From an uncultured cyanobacterium (GTDB taxonomy: Bacteria; Cyanobacteriota; Cyanobacteriia; PCC-6307; Cyanobiaceae): DNA of 64,000 nucleotides. This document shows positions 41,350 to 52,896 of this stretch, one piece after another. The stretch lies in assembly GCA_963697335.1 (NCBI GenBank), contig CAVONQ010000014.1, positions 1 to 64,000 on the forward strand. Direction: 5' to 3'. How positions within the stretch are numbered: the stretch's first letter is position 1; each line of letters starts with the position of its first letter. The notes beneath the pieces were generated by a model. The model searched no databases and was not told the DNA's origin. It worked only from the letters and a program-made list of their open reading frames with translations. The translations under genes and the position numbers were made by a program.

Positions 41350-41507
41350 CAGCGCCGTTCCGCCTGTCGTGCAGTCAGTTTCTGGCCAAGCAACCGGCGC
41401 CGCTGCCAGCTCTCGCGGATCAGCGAACTCCTGTCCTGGCCGGTTGCGGCCAGGAGCTCCTTGAGGCAGTGCTCTGTTTCGGCATTCAGCCTGACCGTGA
41501 GCGGCAT
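41349..41507 (-). CDS. Ribbon-helix-helix antitoxin (appears shortened)
   Basis: MPLTVRLNAETEHCLKELLAATGQDRSSLIRE RHH pattern; TGATG coupling to the PIN remnant. Confidence 0.65.
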   Translation of the reverse strand: MPLTVRLNAETEHCLKELLAATGQDRSSLIRESWQRRRLLGQKLTARQAERR

Positions 41508-42112
41508 GGCCCGCAGGGGCTTACGCCCGTATGACCGATGAAGCGACTGCAGTACCGATCTTTGAATCAGGGGCCTCGACCCGCACGGTGTAGATCCACA
41601 TTCCGGCAACCGGCCCTGGCCCTTGGGCTTCTGCGAAGGCGACGCCTTCTCGCAGAGAAGCAATAGGGCGCTCGACGCGGGGCGCCCTTTCTATTGGGGC
41701 CGTGTCCAGCACCCGAAGACACACAACAAAGCCCGGCGACGAGGCCACCGGGCTTTGATCATGGTGTGGTGGGCGGAGCTGCTGACGCTGGCACCTGGGG
41801 CCAGGGTTCCAGTGGGGCTTCCCGATGGGTCCGGGGCACCTGGGGCGGTGCAATGGACGGCGACGGCGTCACACGCCAGGGAAACCAGTGATCCGTTGAG
41901 AGTGTTGGAGCAGGGGCCGGATCGTCAGCGCACTCCTGGCGCCTGCTCAGGTGGGGTGTCTTCCATGCTCTGGAGCCTCCCGGTGTCGATGAACTCACAA
42001 TCGGTCGGCCAGCCGTCTGGGGCAATAGGGCTTTATGCCTGTCTCAGCCAGCTCCGGGTTGATGCCAGGCGGGCCCAGCTCCCAGAGCTGCCTAGCTGGC
42101 CAGGGTGCCTGC

Positions 42113-43444
42113 TCAGCGCAGGCACGCGCGCACCAGGAGGCCATCCTTCGGCGAGGGGCTGGGGATGACCCTGAGCGACAGGTCCTGATCGGGCTCCAGC
42201 GCCAACGTCAGCTGTTTGAGCAGCCCCACCGCTAGCAGGCGGATCTCCAGCTCGGCCAACGCCTTGCCCAGGCAGACCCGCTCACCACCTCCGTAGGGCA
42301 GCAAGGTGACAGTGCTGTTGCCTGCCAGATGCCGCTGCGGCCGGAACACCTCCAGATCCTCGTTCCCTCTTCCATAGCGATGGCTGGCGGTGATGCTCAC
42401 CTGCACCACCCGATCGGCCGGAACCAGGACATCCGCCAGGGCAATCGGCTCCCGGGTGCGGCGGAAGAAGCCCCCCACCGGCGGGGTCAGCCGCATCACT
42501 TCCTTCACCACCGCATCGAGACGCGGGGCACGGATCGCGTCGAAGGCGGTCCCGGCCTCCCCCTGCGCAGGAGGCCAGGGCAAGCCGTCGAGCTCCTGTT
42601 GCAGCCAGGCCAGCTCGGCTGGATGTTGCAGAAGGCTCAGGAGCAGACAGCTCAGCGCAGAGGCGGTGGTTTCGTAGCCGGCGAACAACAGCAGCAGCAG
42701 CTGCTCCGCCACGTCGTCATCGCCCAGGGGAAGGCCGGCTTCATCAAGGCCACCGGCCAGCAGATCGAGCCCGCCGGCGGCGAGGGGCGCTCCGGCGGCA
42801 GCGGCGCTCTGTGCCTTCTCGAGCACGGCGCCCAGGCGTCGCAGCAGCCGTTGGCGGGCCTGAAGGGCTCGGGCGTAGGGGCTGCCGGGCAGGGCGAACG
42901 GGAGGGAAAAGAGGCCCTGGCACCAGGTTTCGAAATCCACGAACAGGGCATCGCGATCGGCGGGATCGAGGCCCAGCACCGTGCTGGCGATCACGCTGAA
43001 GGCGAAGCGCCTCAGCTTGGGCACCAGGGCCACGGGCGATGCGCCGCCGAGCAGCTCCCCGCTGAGCTCATCCACCAGCGCCACGATCGCAGGGCAGTAG
43101 CGCTTGAGGGCAGTGGAAGCGAACAACTGGCCCACCACACGACGACGGGCCTTGTGATCGGCACCGTTGCGGTTGGCCAGGGACAGGGGCCCCAACAGCT
43201 TCCGCACACTGTCCGGCCACCAGCCCTGAACCGCATCGCCCTGGGCGAACAGGTCGCTGATCGCCTTCTCCCCCCGGATGAACACGGTTCGCTGCCCCAG
43301 AAGGGTGGTGCCGTACACATCGCCGTAGCGCTCGAAGCGGGAGCGGGCGAAATCCGGATCACGCAGAAAGGAGAGGGTTTCGAGCACGCCGCTCACAGCT
43401 GGCGTGATCGGCAAGGGCCGAAGGGTGGCGGGATCGAGCGGCAA
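42113..43444 (-). CDS. Cytochrome P450
   Basis: AGYETT I-helix, EVMR, PYGGGERVCLG heme motif; TTG start with GGAG inferred. Confidence 0.93.
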   Translation of the reverse strand: MPLDPATLRPLPITPAVSGVLETLSFLRDPDFARSRFERYGDVYGTTLLGQRTVFIRGEKAISDLFAQGDAVQGWWPDSVRKLLGPLSLANRNGADHKARRRVVGQLFASTALKRYCPAIVALVDELSGELLGGASPVALVPKLRRFAFSVIASTVLGLDPADRDALFVDFETWCQGLFSLPFALPGSPYARALQARQRLLRRLGAVLEKAQSAAAAGAPLAAGGLDLLAGGLDEAGLPLGDDDVAEQLLLLLFAGYETTASALSCLLLSLLQHPAELAWLQQELDGLPWPPAQGEAGTAFDAIRAPRLDAVVKEVMRLTPPVGGFFRRTREPIALADVLVPADRVVQVSITASHRYGRGNEDLEVFRPQRHLAGNSTVTLLPYGGGERVCLGKALAELEIRLLAVGLLKQLTLALEPDQDLSLRVIPSPSPKDGLLVRACLR

Positions 43445-43581
43445 CCAGCATTCTCCAGAGTGATCTCCAGGCTGGCGGCCAGCGGCCGCCAGCGCGCCAC
43501 CATGGACGTTCCATGACCACCGCGATCCCCGTGTCCACGACCGAGACCACCACAGGTCCTGCTGGCGCCGGGGCAAGGTCC

Positions 43582-44304
43582 ATGGCAGCCCCAGCGCTGC
43601 TTGAGCGGCTGGCGAAGGTGGAGGGGATGGGGAAGGGCCGCCGTCGCCTGGTACTCCTGCTCCCCCAGCTGGGCGATTTCGACAGCATGGAATACGCCCA
43701 GGCCCTGGTGGCTGCTTGGCCCCAGCTGGAGGCCGCCGGCATCGCCGTGCTGGCCATCGGCATCGGTGATGAGTCCGGCCGCCAGCGCTTCTGCGCCTTC
43801 ACCGGCTTTCCGAGCGAGCGGCTGCAGGTGGACGCCGAACCCCAGCTGCATCAGGCCCTGGGGCTCTACGAAGGCCTGCGGCAGATCGGCGGCCCCTGGC
43901 CGAACCTGCTGCTGATGTGCGCCGGGATCGGCTCCCCCGGCACCCTGGCCGAGGTGCTGCGTGGCTACACGGGCGATCGCAGCGCGCCCCAGCGCATCGC
44001 CGACGACGAGACCATCCAGGCCGGCCCCCTGCCGCCGATCAAGGGGGCGTTCTTCGCCAGAGCTGGCGGACGTGGCTTCCAGCGGCCCTTTGAGCTGGCC
44101 ACGGTGCGGCTGCGCAACATGAGCGAAGTGCTGGGCCACTGGCGCACCTACGTGCCCCGCGACGACTTCCTCACCCAGCGGGGCGGCACTTTTCTCCTGG
44201 AGGCCGACGACACGCTTCTGTACAGCTACCGGGACCGCGGCATTCTCGGATTCTCGGAAACCATGGCCAGGCCGCTCAGTTTCCTGGATGCTTTCCTCGG
44301 CTGA
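43582..44304 (+). CDS. AhpC/TSA-like (peroxiredoxin-like) protein
   Basis: PQLGDFDSMEYA, LMCAGIGSPGTL, RPFELATVRLRNM, TQRGGTFL; start uncertain (43513 possible). Confidence 0.8.
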   Translation: MAAPALLERLAKVEGMGKGRRRLVLLLPQLGDFDSMEYAQALVAAWPQLEAAGIAVLAIGIGDESGRQRFCAFTGFPSERLQVDAEPQLHQALGLYEGLRQIGGPWPNLLLMCAGIGSPGTLAEVLRGYTGDRSAPQRIADDETIQAGPLPPIKGAFFARAGGRGFQRPFELATVRLRNMSEVLGHWRTYVPRDDFLTQRGGTFLLEADDTLLYSYRDRGILGFSETMARPLSFLDAFLG

Positions 44305-44371
44305 TGCCCCGCTGGCGCCACATGAGCGATGAGTCGAAGGCGGTCAGGAAGTAGGGCTCCTCTGTACTCGT

Positions 44372-44542
44372 CTATCGACCTTTCGCCCAGATCCGTTCCA
44401 AGGTTCTGCGGAAACCCTTTGCGCTCAGGGGTTTGGCGAGGCCTCGTGACCTCAGAGTGCTGCTGATCCACCAGACCTGCAGACCACCAAAAGCAAGGGC
44501 AAGCAGCCCTAATTGGACATATCCCCAGTTCAGGTGCTCCAT
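44372..44542 (-). CDS. Small single-TM protein
   Basis: MEHLNWGYVQLGLLALAFGGLQVWWIS...FRRTLERIW, 56 aa. Confidence 0.55.
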   Translation of the reverse strand: MEHLNWGYVQLGLLALAFGGLQVWWISSTLRSRGLAKPLSAKGFRRTLERIWAKGR

Positions 44543-44691
44543 CACAGTGAAATTTACTCCTTTGAAAGCCCTCGAGGACGGAGCTATGCCCTGTTCGGGG
44601 GTGGAGAGGGGTGAGGAAACGTGAAGTCGCTCCTGTGCCGAGGGAGGGGGGCCCACAATGAGGCCACCGGACATCAGGATCCTTAGGCTTC

Positions 44692-45417
44692 ATGTCCATG
44701 AAGGCACCACTGAGCGAGCGAGAGCAAGAGCGGCTTGATGCCCTTCGCGACTACCGCATCCTCGACACACCAACTGAGCAGGCCTTCGACGATCTGACAG
44801 CACTGGCGGCCTATGTCTGCGACGTGCCGATTGCCCTGGTCAGCTTGGTCGACACTGACCGGCAGTGGTTCAAATCGAAGTTAGGTCTGGAGGCCACGGA
44901 AACCAGCCGGGACGTCTCCTTTTGTGCTCACGCCATTCTCCAGAACAGCATCCTGGTGGTCCAGGACACCCACCTCGATGCACGCTTTGCCGCCAATCCC
45001 CTGGTGACATCGGAACCCAACATCCGCTTCTATGCGGGCGTCCCGTTGTTGACGCCGGAGGCCTTGCCCCTGGGCACCCTCTGCGTGATCGACCACAAGC
45101 CGAGGGAGCTGAACGCCGCCCAGATCCGGACCCTGGAGGGGATCGCCCGCCAGGTCGTGACCCAGCTGGAGCTGCGGCTGGTCTCCGCCCGGCTGGCCCA
45201 GGCCCTGGAGAAGATCAACCTGATCGAAGAGCTCATCCCGATCTGTTCGTATTGCAAGGCGATCCGCAACGACGCCGGCTACTGGTCGAGCGTGGAGGCC
45301 TTCATCAAACAGCACGCCGATGTGGCCTTCACCCATGGAGTGTGCGAGTCCTGCATCGAAAAGCACTTCCCTGAGGTGGCTGAGGCGATGCGACAGGAGG
45401 ACGCCTACAGCCCTTGA
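44692..45417 (+). CDS. GAF domain protein with Cys-rich C-terminus
   Basis: RLDALRDYRILDT, RQWFKS, SFCAHAI, RFYAGVPL, GTLCVID; tail ICSYCK...HGVCESC. Confidence 0.88.
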   Translation: MSMKAPLSEREQERLDALRDYRILDTPTEQAFDDLTALAAYVCDVPIALVSLVDTDRQWFKSKLGLEATETSRDVSFCAHAILQNSILVVQDTHLDARFAANPLVTSEPNIRFYAGVPLLTPEALPLGTLCVIDHKPRELNAAQIRTLEGIARQVVTQLELRLVSARLAQALEKINLIEELIPICSYCKAIRNDAGYWSSVEAFIKQHADVAFTHGVCESCIEKHFPEVAEAMRQEDAYSP

Positions 45418-45512
45418 CAAGTTGGTTTTTCTGCGCGCGACCACTGCGTCAAAGGCAGAAACGCCAGGGAAAGATGTGCCTCAAGCCAGCAGGTCAGCCC
45501 AGACCATCGGAT

Positions 45513-45902
45513 TCACACATTCAGATTGGGGCAGATGACGTCCTGGTTCGGGACCGGATCGCTCTTCCAGTTTTCAAGCAGATTCAGCAGTTCCGCTCTG
45601 AACTGGCGCAACTCCCGCAGGCGTTCGTCCACCAGGTCGATCTGTCGTTGGATCTGCCCATGGATGTCGTCACAGGGGAGCTGGCCGGCATCGTGGATGG
45701 CGAGACATCCCTGAATATCCTCGAGGGACAGGCCCAGGGTCTTGAGCCGCCGGATGAACTCCAGACGGCGCAGACTCTCTTCAGCGAATAGCCGGTAGCC
45801 ACCCGCGCTGCGGCCCACCGCTGGCAACAGGCCGATCTCTTCGTAGTAACGGAGCGTCTTGACGGGCAGTCCGCTGCGGCTGGCCAGTTCGCCGATCTTC
45901 AT
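45513..45902 (-). CDS. MerR-family heavy-metal-responsive regulator
   Basis: MKIGELA...TLRYYEEIGLL...GGYRLF; divergent from the P-type ATPase. Confidence 0.93.
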   Translation of the reverse strand: MKIGELASRSGLPVKTLRYYEEIGLLPAVGRSAGGYRLFAEESLRRLEFIRRLKTLGLSLEDIQGCLAIHDAGQLPCDDIHGQIQRQIDLVDERLRELRQFRAELLNLLENWKSDPVPNQDVICPNLNV

Positions 45903-46090
45903 GCCGGCACGCACCGGCGCCGCCCCTGGAGGGCGGTCGGGCCGTGGCGGGGCGGGGGAGCGGGAGGCCATGGGGGTGGCGCTAGCGGTGGCGGCGGTGA
46001 TGGGCAAACACACTCTCCATCGCTGGGGAGACTCTAGCCATCGCACACGGCCTCCCATCTCCCGGCAAGCCCTTTCATCCCAGCCTGGCC

Positions 46091-46122
46091 TTGACTCTCC
46101 AGTCCACTGGACCCCATAGGTT
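46091..46122 (+). promoter_or_regulatory. MerR-type promoter of the copA operon
   Basis: TTGACT-20 bp-TAGGTT with dyad TCCAGT-CC-ACTGGA in the spacer. Confidence 0.85.
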
Positions 46123-46170
46123 GAGGAGTACGTCCCCTGCAGCGCCCCGGCCCTGCCTCCAGGTCCCCCG

Positions 46171-48270
<2,100 letters not shown>

Positions 48271-48286
48271 TGAGGATCCCAGCCTG

Positions 48287-48748
48287 ATGTCGCCTCTGCC
48301 TACCCTCGCCGCCTTCGCCGCTACGACCAGCGCCTCCACCGCCGCGCCGCTCTGGCGCAGCATCGAGCAGCCCGTGCTGCTGAAGCTGCTGGTGGCCGGC
48401 GCGGGGCTGGTGCTGATCGCCTGGGAGCTGTGGTGGTTCCTCGGCCGCCATGGCACGGGCGTGGCGGCCCGCGAGGGAGAGCACGGCCTGCAGGAGATCA
48501 CCATCACCGTGGACGGGGGCTATGCCCCCTCACGGATCCGGGTGAAGGCCGGCGAGCCGGTGCGGCTCACGTTTCACCGGATCGATCCGAGCGGCTGCGT
48601 GGCCCAGGTGATCTTCCCCGATTTCCACAAATCCCTCGACCTGCCCCTGGATGGCACCACCTCCGTGGACTTGCCAGCCAAGGCTGCCGGCACCTATCCC
48701 TTCCACTGCGGCATGAACATGGTGCGGGGCATGCTCGAAGTGGAGTGA
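48287..48748 (+). CDS. Membrane-anchored cupredoxin-domain protein (CupA-like)
   Basis: One TM helix, then GGYAPSRI, SGCVAQVIFP, FHCGMNM. Confidence 0.85.
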   Translation: MSPLPTLAAFAATTSASTAAPLWRSIEQPVLLKLLVAGAGLVLIAWELWWFLGRHGTGVAAREGEHGLQEITITVDGGYAPSRIRVKAGEPVRLTFHRIDPSGCVAQVIFPDFHKSLDLPLDGTTSVDLPAKAAGTYPFHCGMNMVRGMLEVE

Positions 48749-48783
48749 CTCCGGGCGGCGCGGTCCGGTTCGGTCGCGGGTGC

Positions 48784-50303
48784 TCAGGCGGTGATCTCCA
48801 GGGTGCCCATCATGCCCAGCTCCTCGTGATCGAGGATGTGGCAGTGATACAGCGTGCGTCCGGCGAAATCATCGAACCGGGTGCGAATCCGAACGGTTTC
48901 GCCCGGGCGCACCAGCACCACATCTCTCCAGGCACGCCAAGGTTCGGCGGTGCCGTTGCGGCTGATCACCTGGAAGGGGTTGATGTGCACGTGGAAGGGG
49001 TGATCCATCACCCCGTCGTTCACCAGGTCCCACTCCTCCGTGTCACCGAGACGCACGGAGGTATCGATCCGGCCGTGCTCATAGGCACGGCCATTGATCA
49101 GGAACACCATGCCCATGCCGGGGGCCATGCCGTGGTTGAGCACGAAGCGGCGGCGGCGCACCGGCGCCGGCAGGGGCTCCACCGGCAGCAGGCGCTCGGG
49201 CAGCGGCAGGGGCGTCACCGAGCCCGCGTAGTTCAGGGTGGCGATCGGCACCGGAGCCTGCTGCTCAAAGCCTGATCCGATCATTCCTCTACCCATTCCC
49301 ATTCCTCTACCCATGCCCCTGCCGTTGCCCATGCGGCTGCCCATGCGGCTGCCCATGCCGCCCATCATTCCGCCGGCGCCCCGGTCGTAGGGAAGGTTGA
49401 GCAGCCTGTACCGTCCGCCCTGGCGCTCACCCCGCACCAGCACATCGGCCCGCTCGCCGGGGGCCAGCAGCAGTTCCGCCAGCTCCACCGGTGCCTCGAT
49501 GGCACCGCCATCGGTGGCGATCAGGTGGAAGGGATGCTCCTCGAGGGCCAGCCGCCAGAAGCGGGCATTGGAGGCGTTCACGATCCGCAGCCGCAGCAGA
49601 CCCCCTGAGGGGATCGAAAGCGCCGGGTTCACCTGGCCGTTGACGGTGAGCACACGCTCCCTCTCGCCCCAGCATCATCCCCATGCCCATCGGGCTGCCC
49701 ACCCCCTCCCCGGGAAGATCCTTGAGGAAAAGCACCTGCTCTTCGGCGGCGCGGACTTCGGGGATCTGATCCAGGGCACCGCGCACGATGAACACCCCTC
49801 CGAGGCCGCCGAACACCTGATCGGCCGTCGTGCCGTGGTGGTGGGGGTGGTAGTAGAAGGTGCCAGCGGGGTGGTCGGCCGGCAGGGTGAAGGCGTAGGT
49901 GTGGCTCTGGCCGGGGGCCACCGCTCACGAACACGTTGTCAGCACTGCCGCCAGGAGGGATGTGGAGCCCGTGGTAGTGGAGGTTGGTGGGGCGAGCCAG
50001 GCGGTTGTGCAGCTGGATCCGCACGGCATCGCCGGGCTCGGCCTCCAGCACAGGCCCAGGCAGCAGGCCGTTGTAGGTGAGAGCCCTGGCTGGCCCGCCC
50101 AGGATCGCCACGTTGGTCTCTTGGGCCACGAGATCCAGTTCCAGCCGTCCGCCGCTGGAGCGCAGGCGGGACGGGGCTGTGGGCTGGGCGCTGCCTGCTG
50201 ATGGAAGCTGGGCGGAGCGTCCCCGCAGGCATAAGCCGGTGGCGTAAGCGGAGGCACCGGCCACAAGGCAAAAAAAGGAACGGCGCCCGAGTCGGCCGCT
50301 CAT
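48784..50303 (-). pseudogene. Tat-exported multicopper oxidase, two frameshifts
   Basis: GRRSFF Tat motif; HYHG, YHPHHH, HPFHVH, HCHILDHEELGMM spread over three frames; breaks near 49922 and 49654. Confidence 0.85.
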
Positions 50304-50399
50304 CGCGCCCCGAAGCAGAGATCCGCAGGAAGGGGCTGGAGCAGGAACCGATTCATTGCCTGGGTTCCCATGACCGTGTGCCGCTAAAGGAGTTGTTTC

Positions 50400-50431
50400 A
50401 GCGTACGGTCTCCACAAGGGTGGAGAGTCAA
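50400..50431 (-). promoter_or_regulatory. MerR-type promoter of the multicopper oxidase
   Basis: TTGACT-CTCCACCCTTGTGGAGACCG-TACGCT (20-bp spacer, CTCCAC/GTGGAG dyad). Confidence 0.85.
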
Positions 50432-50456
50432 GCGGGGCGGTCTGCTGCCGGGACGT

Positions 50457-51152
50457 TCAGAGAGCAAAGAGCGCGTCGTACCTGGAGTACTCCGGCTTGC
50501 GCAATCCCTCCACGGCCAGCATCCGGCGCAGCTCGATGATCTCGGCACGCTGCGCCACGATCACATTCCGAGCGAAGCGCCGGATCGTGGTGTTTGTGCT
50601 CTTGGCCAGGGCGTCATGGGCCATGATCAGTGCCCCGCCGTGGTGGTCAATCATCCCCTCGAGAAACCACACCACCCGGTTCTCTCGGGTGGGTCCGGAG
50701 CCCATCATCCGCATGCCGTCGATCTGGGCCTGGCTCATACGGGTCAGGCCGGAGAGGCTGTTCGGGTCACCACCTGGCGCCAACGCCACGGGATACACCG
50801 GCGCCTGCGGATACCAGGCCTTGCGCCACAGCCCCATGGCGCGGATTTCGCTGGCCTGGTCCTGCCAGATGGTGTTGCCCAGGGCCCCCACGCCGGGCTG
50901 GTCGATCCCGAAGACGAATTCACTCATGCGCAGGGCGCCGGTGTGGTGCTGCACCATGCCGTCGAGGAAACGCAAGTCGTAGGTGGCGCCGGCGGGGCCC
51001 ACGTCATGGGCGTGGCCGGGGGTCGTCATGCCTGGCATGCCGTCCATGCCGCGATGAGCCTCGTGGGGATCCATCTGGGCCAGGACCGGGGAGGAGGACA
51101 AGGCAGCCACGGCCAGCGCAGACATGCCGAACCGAAAGGCGGATGCAGCCAT
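50457..51152 (-). CDS. DUF305 / CopM-like exported metal-binding protein
   Basis: Signal peptide, His/Met-rich N-terminus, two FL(D/E)GMxxHHxGAL repeats. Confidence 0.87.
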   Translation of the reverse strand: MAASAFRFGMSALAVAALSSSPVLAQMDPHEAHRGMDGMPGMTTPGHAHDVGPAGATYDLRFLDGMVQHHTGALRMSEFVFGIDQPGVGALGNTIWQDQASEIRAMGLWRKAWYPQAPVYPVALAPGGDPNSLSGLTRMSQAQIDGMRMMGSGPTRENRVVWFLEGMIDHHGGALIMAHDALAKSTNTTIRRFARNVIVAQRAEIIELRRMLAVEGLRKPEYSRYDALFAL

Positions 51153-51183
51153 GGGGAAGGGGGTGGAAGAAGCGGGCCAATCC

Positions 51184-51215
51184 ACCGTATGGGCTCCACC
51201 TTGCTGGAGAGTCAA
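51184..51215 (-). promoter_or_regulatory. MerR-type promoter of the DUF305 gene
   Basis: TTGACT-CTCCAGCAAGGTGGAGCCCA-TACGGT (20-bp spacer, CTCCA/TGGAG dyad). Confidence 0.85.
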
Positions 51216-52086
51216 GGAGCTGTGCGAGGGCATTGGCCCCAGGCCGCATCGGCAGTCACCCAGACGCTCTCTATCGCCAGGGAGTTCCCACCTGATTTTT
51301 AAGACCTTCATCAACGAAACCATAGAGGCCTCCATGCTTGCCCCCCCACCATCACGCAGCTACATGACATCAACGGCAGAAGGGTTGAATGATCCACGGA
51401 AGGCAAGAACCTTGATCCGGTTGCTGCTTGCGGGCTGTTCACAAACCACAGAGAGTACGCAGGCTTAGAGAGCTCCCAGGGTCGGGAAAACTCGGGCTTC
51501 ACCATCCCCTACTCTCAAGCCCAGAACCATCGCAATCCCTTGGTCCAGGACAGATCAGACACAGACCGTGGGGAACCGGATCGCTGTTCCATGGGCTCTT
51601 CGCTCCTCGCTCTTCCGGTGACTCCTGCTACTGCCGCTACCGCCAGGCAGCGTCAGCAGTGTGGCCACAGCCAGGCGAGCGAGTGATGCACAGTAAGCGG
51701 GTCAATCAGACCATCAGGTCATGGCGCAGCTGTTGTGGTGAGACATGGGGAGAGACCTGCTGAAATCAACAGCCATTCTGCCTGCAACAGACATTAAGTT
51801 TTTGAGATCCACTTTAATCGACCCTAACGGTTCACTCACACCCTGCAGCTCTTCTGGCCGGCTGGACGCGCTTCAGACGCAAGGGATGTAGAATCAACCA
51901 TTGGCATAGACCAAAATCAGACATTCAATCAGTCAACAGAGCAGGCCCACTGCAAATCAAGCGCTGTCTGGTTGAAGCTGGGCCTTCCAGCAAGCAAGAA
52001 ACTCGTAACTACTCCATTGGACTGTTTGGCTCAATCACAGCCAACAAAGCCTGCCAACAGTCAGCCAGGTCAAGCATCCCAACCCC

Positions 52087-52881
52087 ATGATAGTGAGACC
52101 ATTCAGATCCCCACTGCCACAGCCCTTATCAGACGGCGCCTTTGCATCAGCACCAGAGCTGATTCCTGATCTGCCGCTCCATCTCTCGCGGCTTCTGATC
52201 AGCGCTGCAGGCACGAAAGCCTCGTATCACTTCATCGAGCGAGTTCCCGCTGCTCATCGGATCATTCTTGTCAGCAACCACCGCAGCTTGCTGGATGTTC
52301 CATTGCTCATGGCAGCGCTGAATCGGCCCATACGATTTGCATGCCACTACTACATGAGCAGGGTCCCAGGACTGAGGGAGATGGTCTCAGCGATGGGAGC
52401 ATTCCCTCTCGATGCACCACAACAAAGGCACAAGGACTTTTTCCAGAAGGCCATCAGCCTGCTGCACGAGAAGGAAGTTGTCGGGATCTTTCCAGAAGGT
52501 GCCGAACCCATGGTTCAATCAGCGACTCCAAATCAAATCAGCCCCTTCCACCGCGGCTTTGCCCACCTCGCCATGCGGGCTGGCGTTGGTGATGTGGCCA
52601 TCCTGCCAGTGGGCATCGCTTCACTTCAAGAGCAGACAAGCAACCTCGCCCCACTCAGCCTGTTCAAACTGGCTGACCCGTCAGAACCCTTGTTTGATCG
52701 TGGTGGCTGGCACCACAGCGTTCGTTATCAGCATGTACGCGTGCTTGTTGGGCACCCCATCTGGGTCAAAGACAAAGAAAGAGAGGAGTATTCCGGGCGA
52801 AGGGCTGGCTTACTTGCACGAGAGATAACCAATACCTGCCAGAATCAGATCGTTGAACTGATACGCCAAGGCTGCTCGTAA
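52087..52881 (+). CDS. PlsC-family (lysophospholipid) acyltransferase
   Basis: NHRSLLD (HX4D) and IFPEG motifs. Confidence 0.88.
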   Translation: MIVRPFRSPLPQPLSDGAFASAPELIPDLPLHLSRLLISAAGTKASYHFIERVPAAHRIILVSNHRSLLDVPLLMAALNRPIRFACHYYMSRVPGLREMVSAMGAFPLDAPQQRHKDFFQKAISLLHEKEVVGIFPEGAEPMVQSATPNQISPFHRGFAHLAMRAGVGDVAILPVGIASLQEQTSNLAPLSLFKLADPSEPLFDRGGWHHSVRYQHVRVLVGHPIWVKDKEREEYSGRRAGLLAREITNTCQNQIVELIRQGCS

Positions 52882-52896
52882 CCGGCTCTGTCCTCC

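Larger units (their letters stand above)
33516..42100. mobile_element. Decaying accessory island downstream of tRNA-Gly (right boundary uncertain)
   Basis: TA modules, pseudogenes, integron sites and low-GC cassettes directly after a tRNA; no intact integrase or attR found. Confidence 0.6.

Noticed and set aside
49280..49370. Short tandem repeats (GCCCATGCGGCT, CATTCCTCTACC) as CRISPR or VNTR
   Set aside because: They encode the Met/Gly-rich loop of the multicopper oxidase; no repeat-spacer structure and no cas genes in the window
51300..52080. Low-GC gap with several short ORFs
   Set aside because: No ORF with motifs or convincing start signals, and no clear RNA structure
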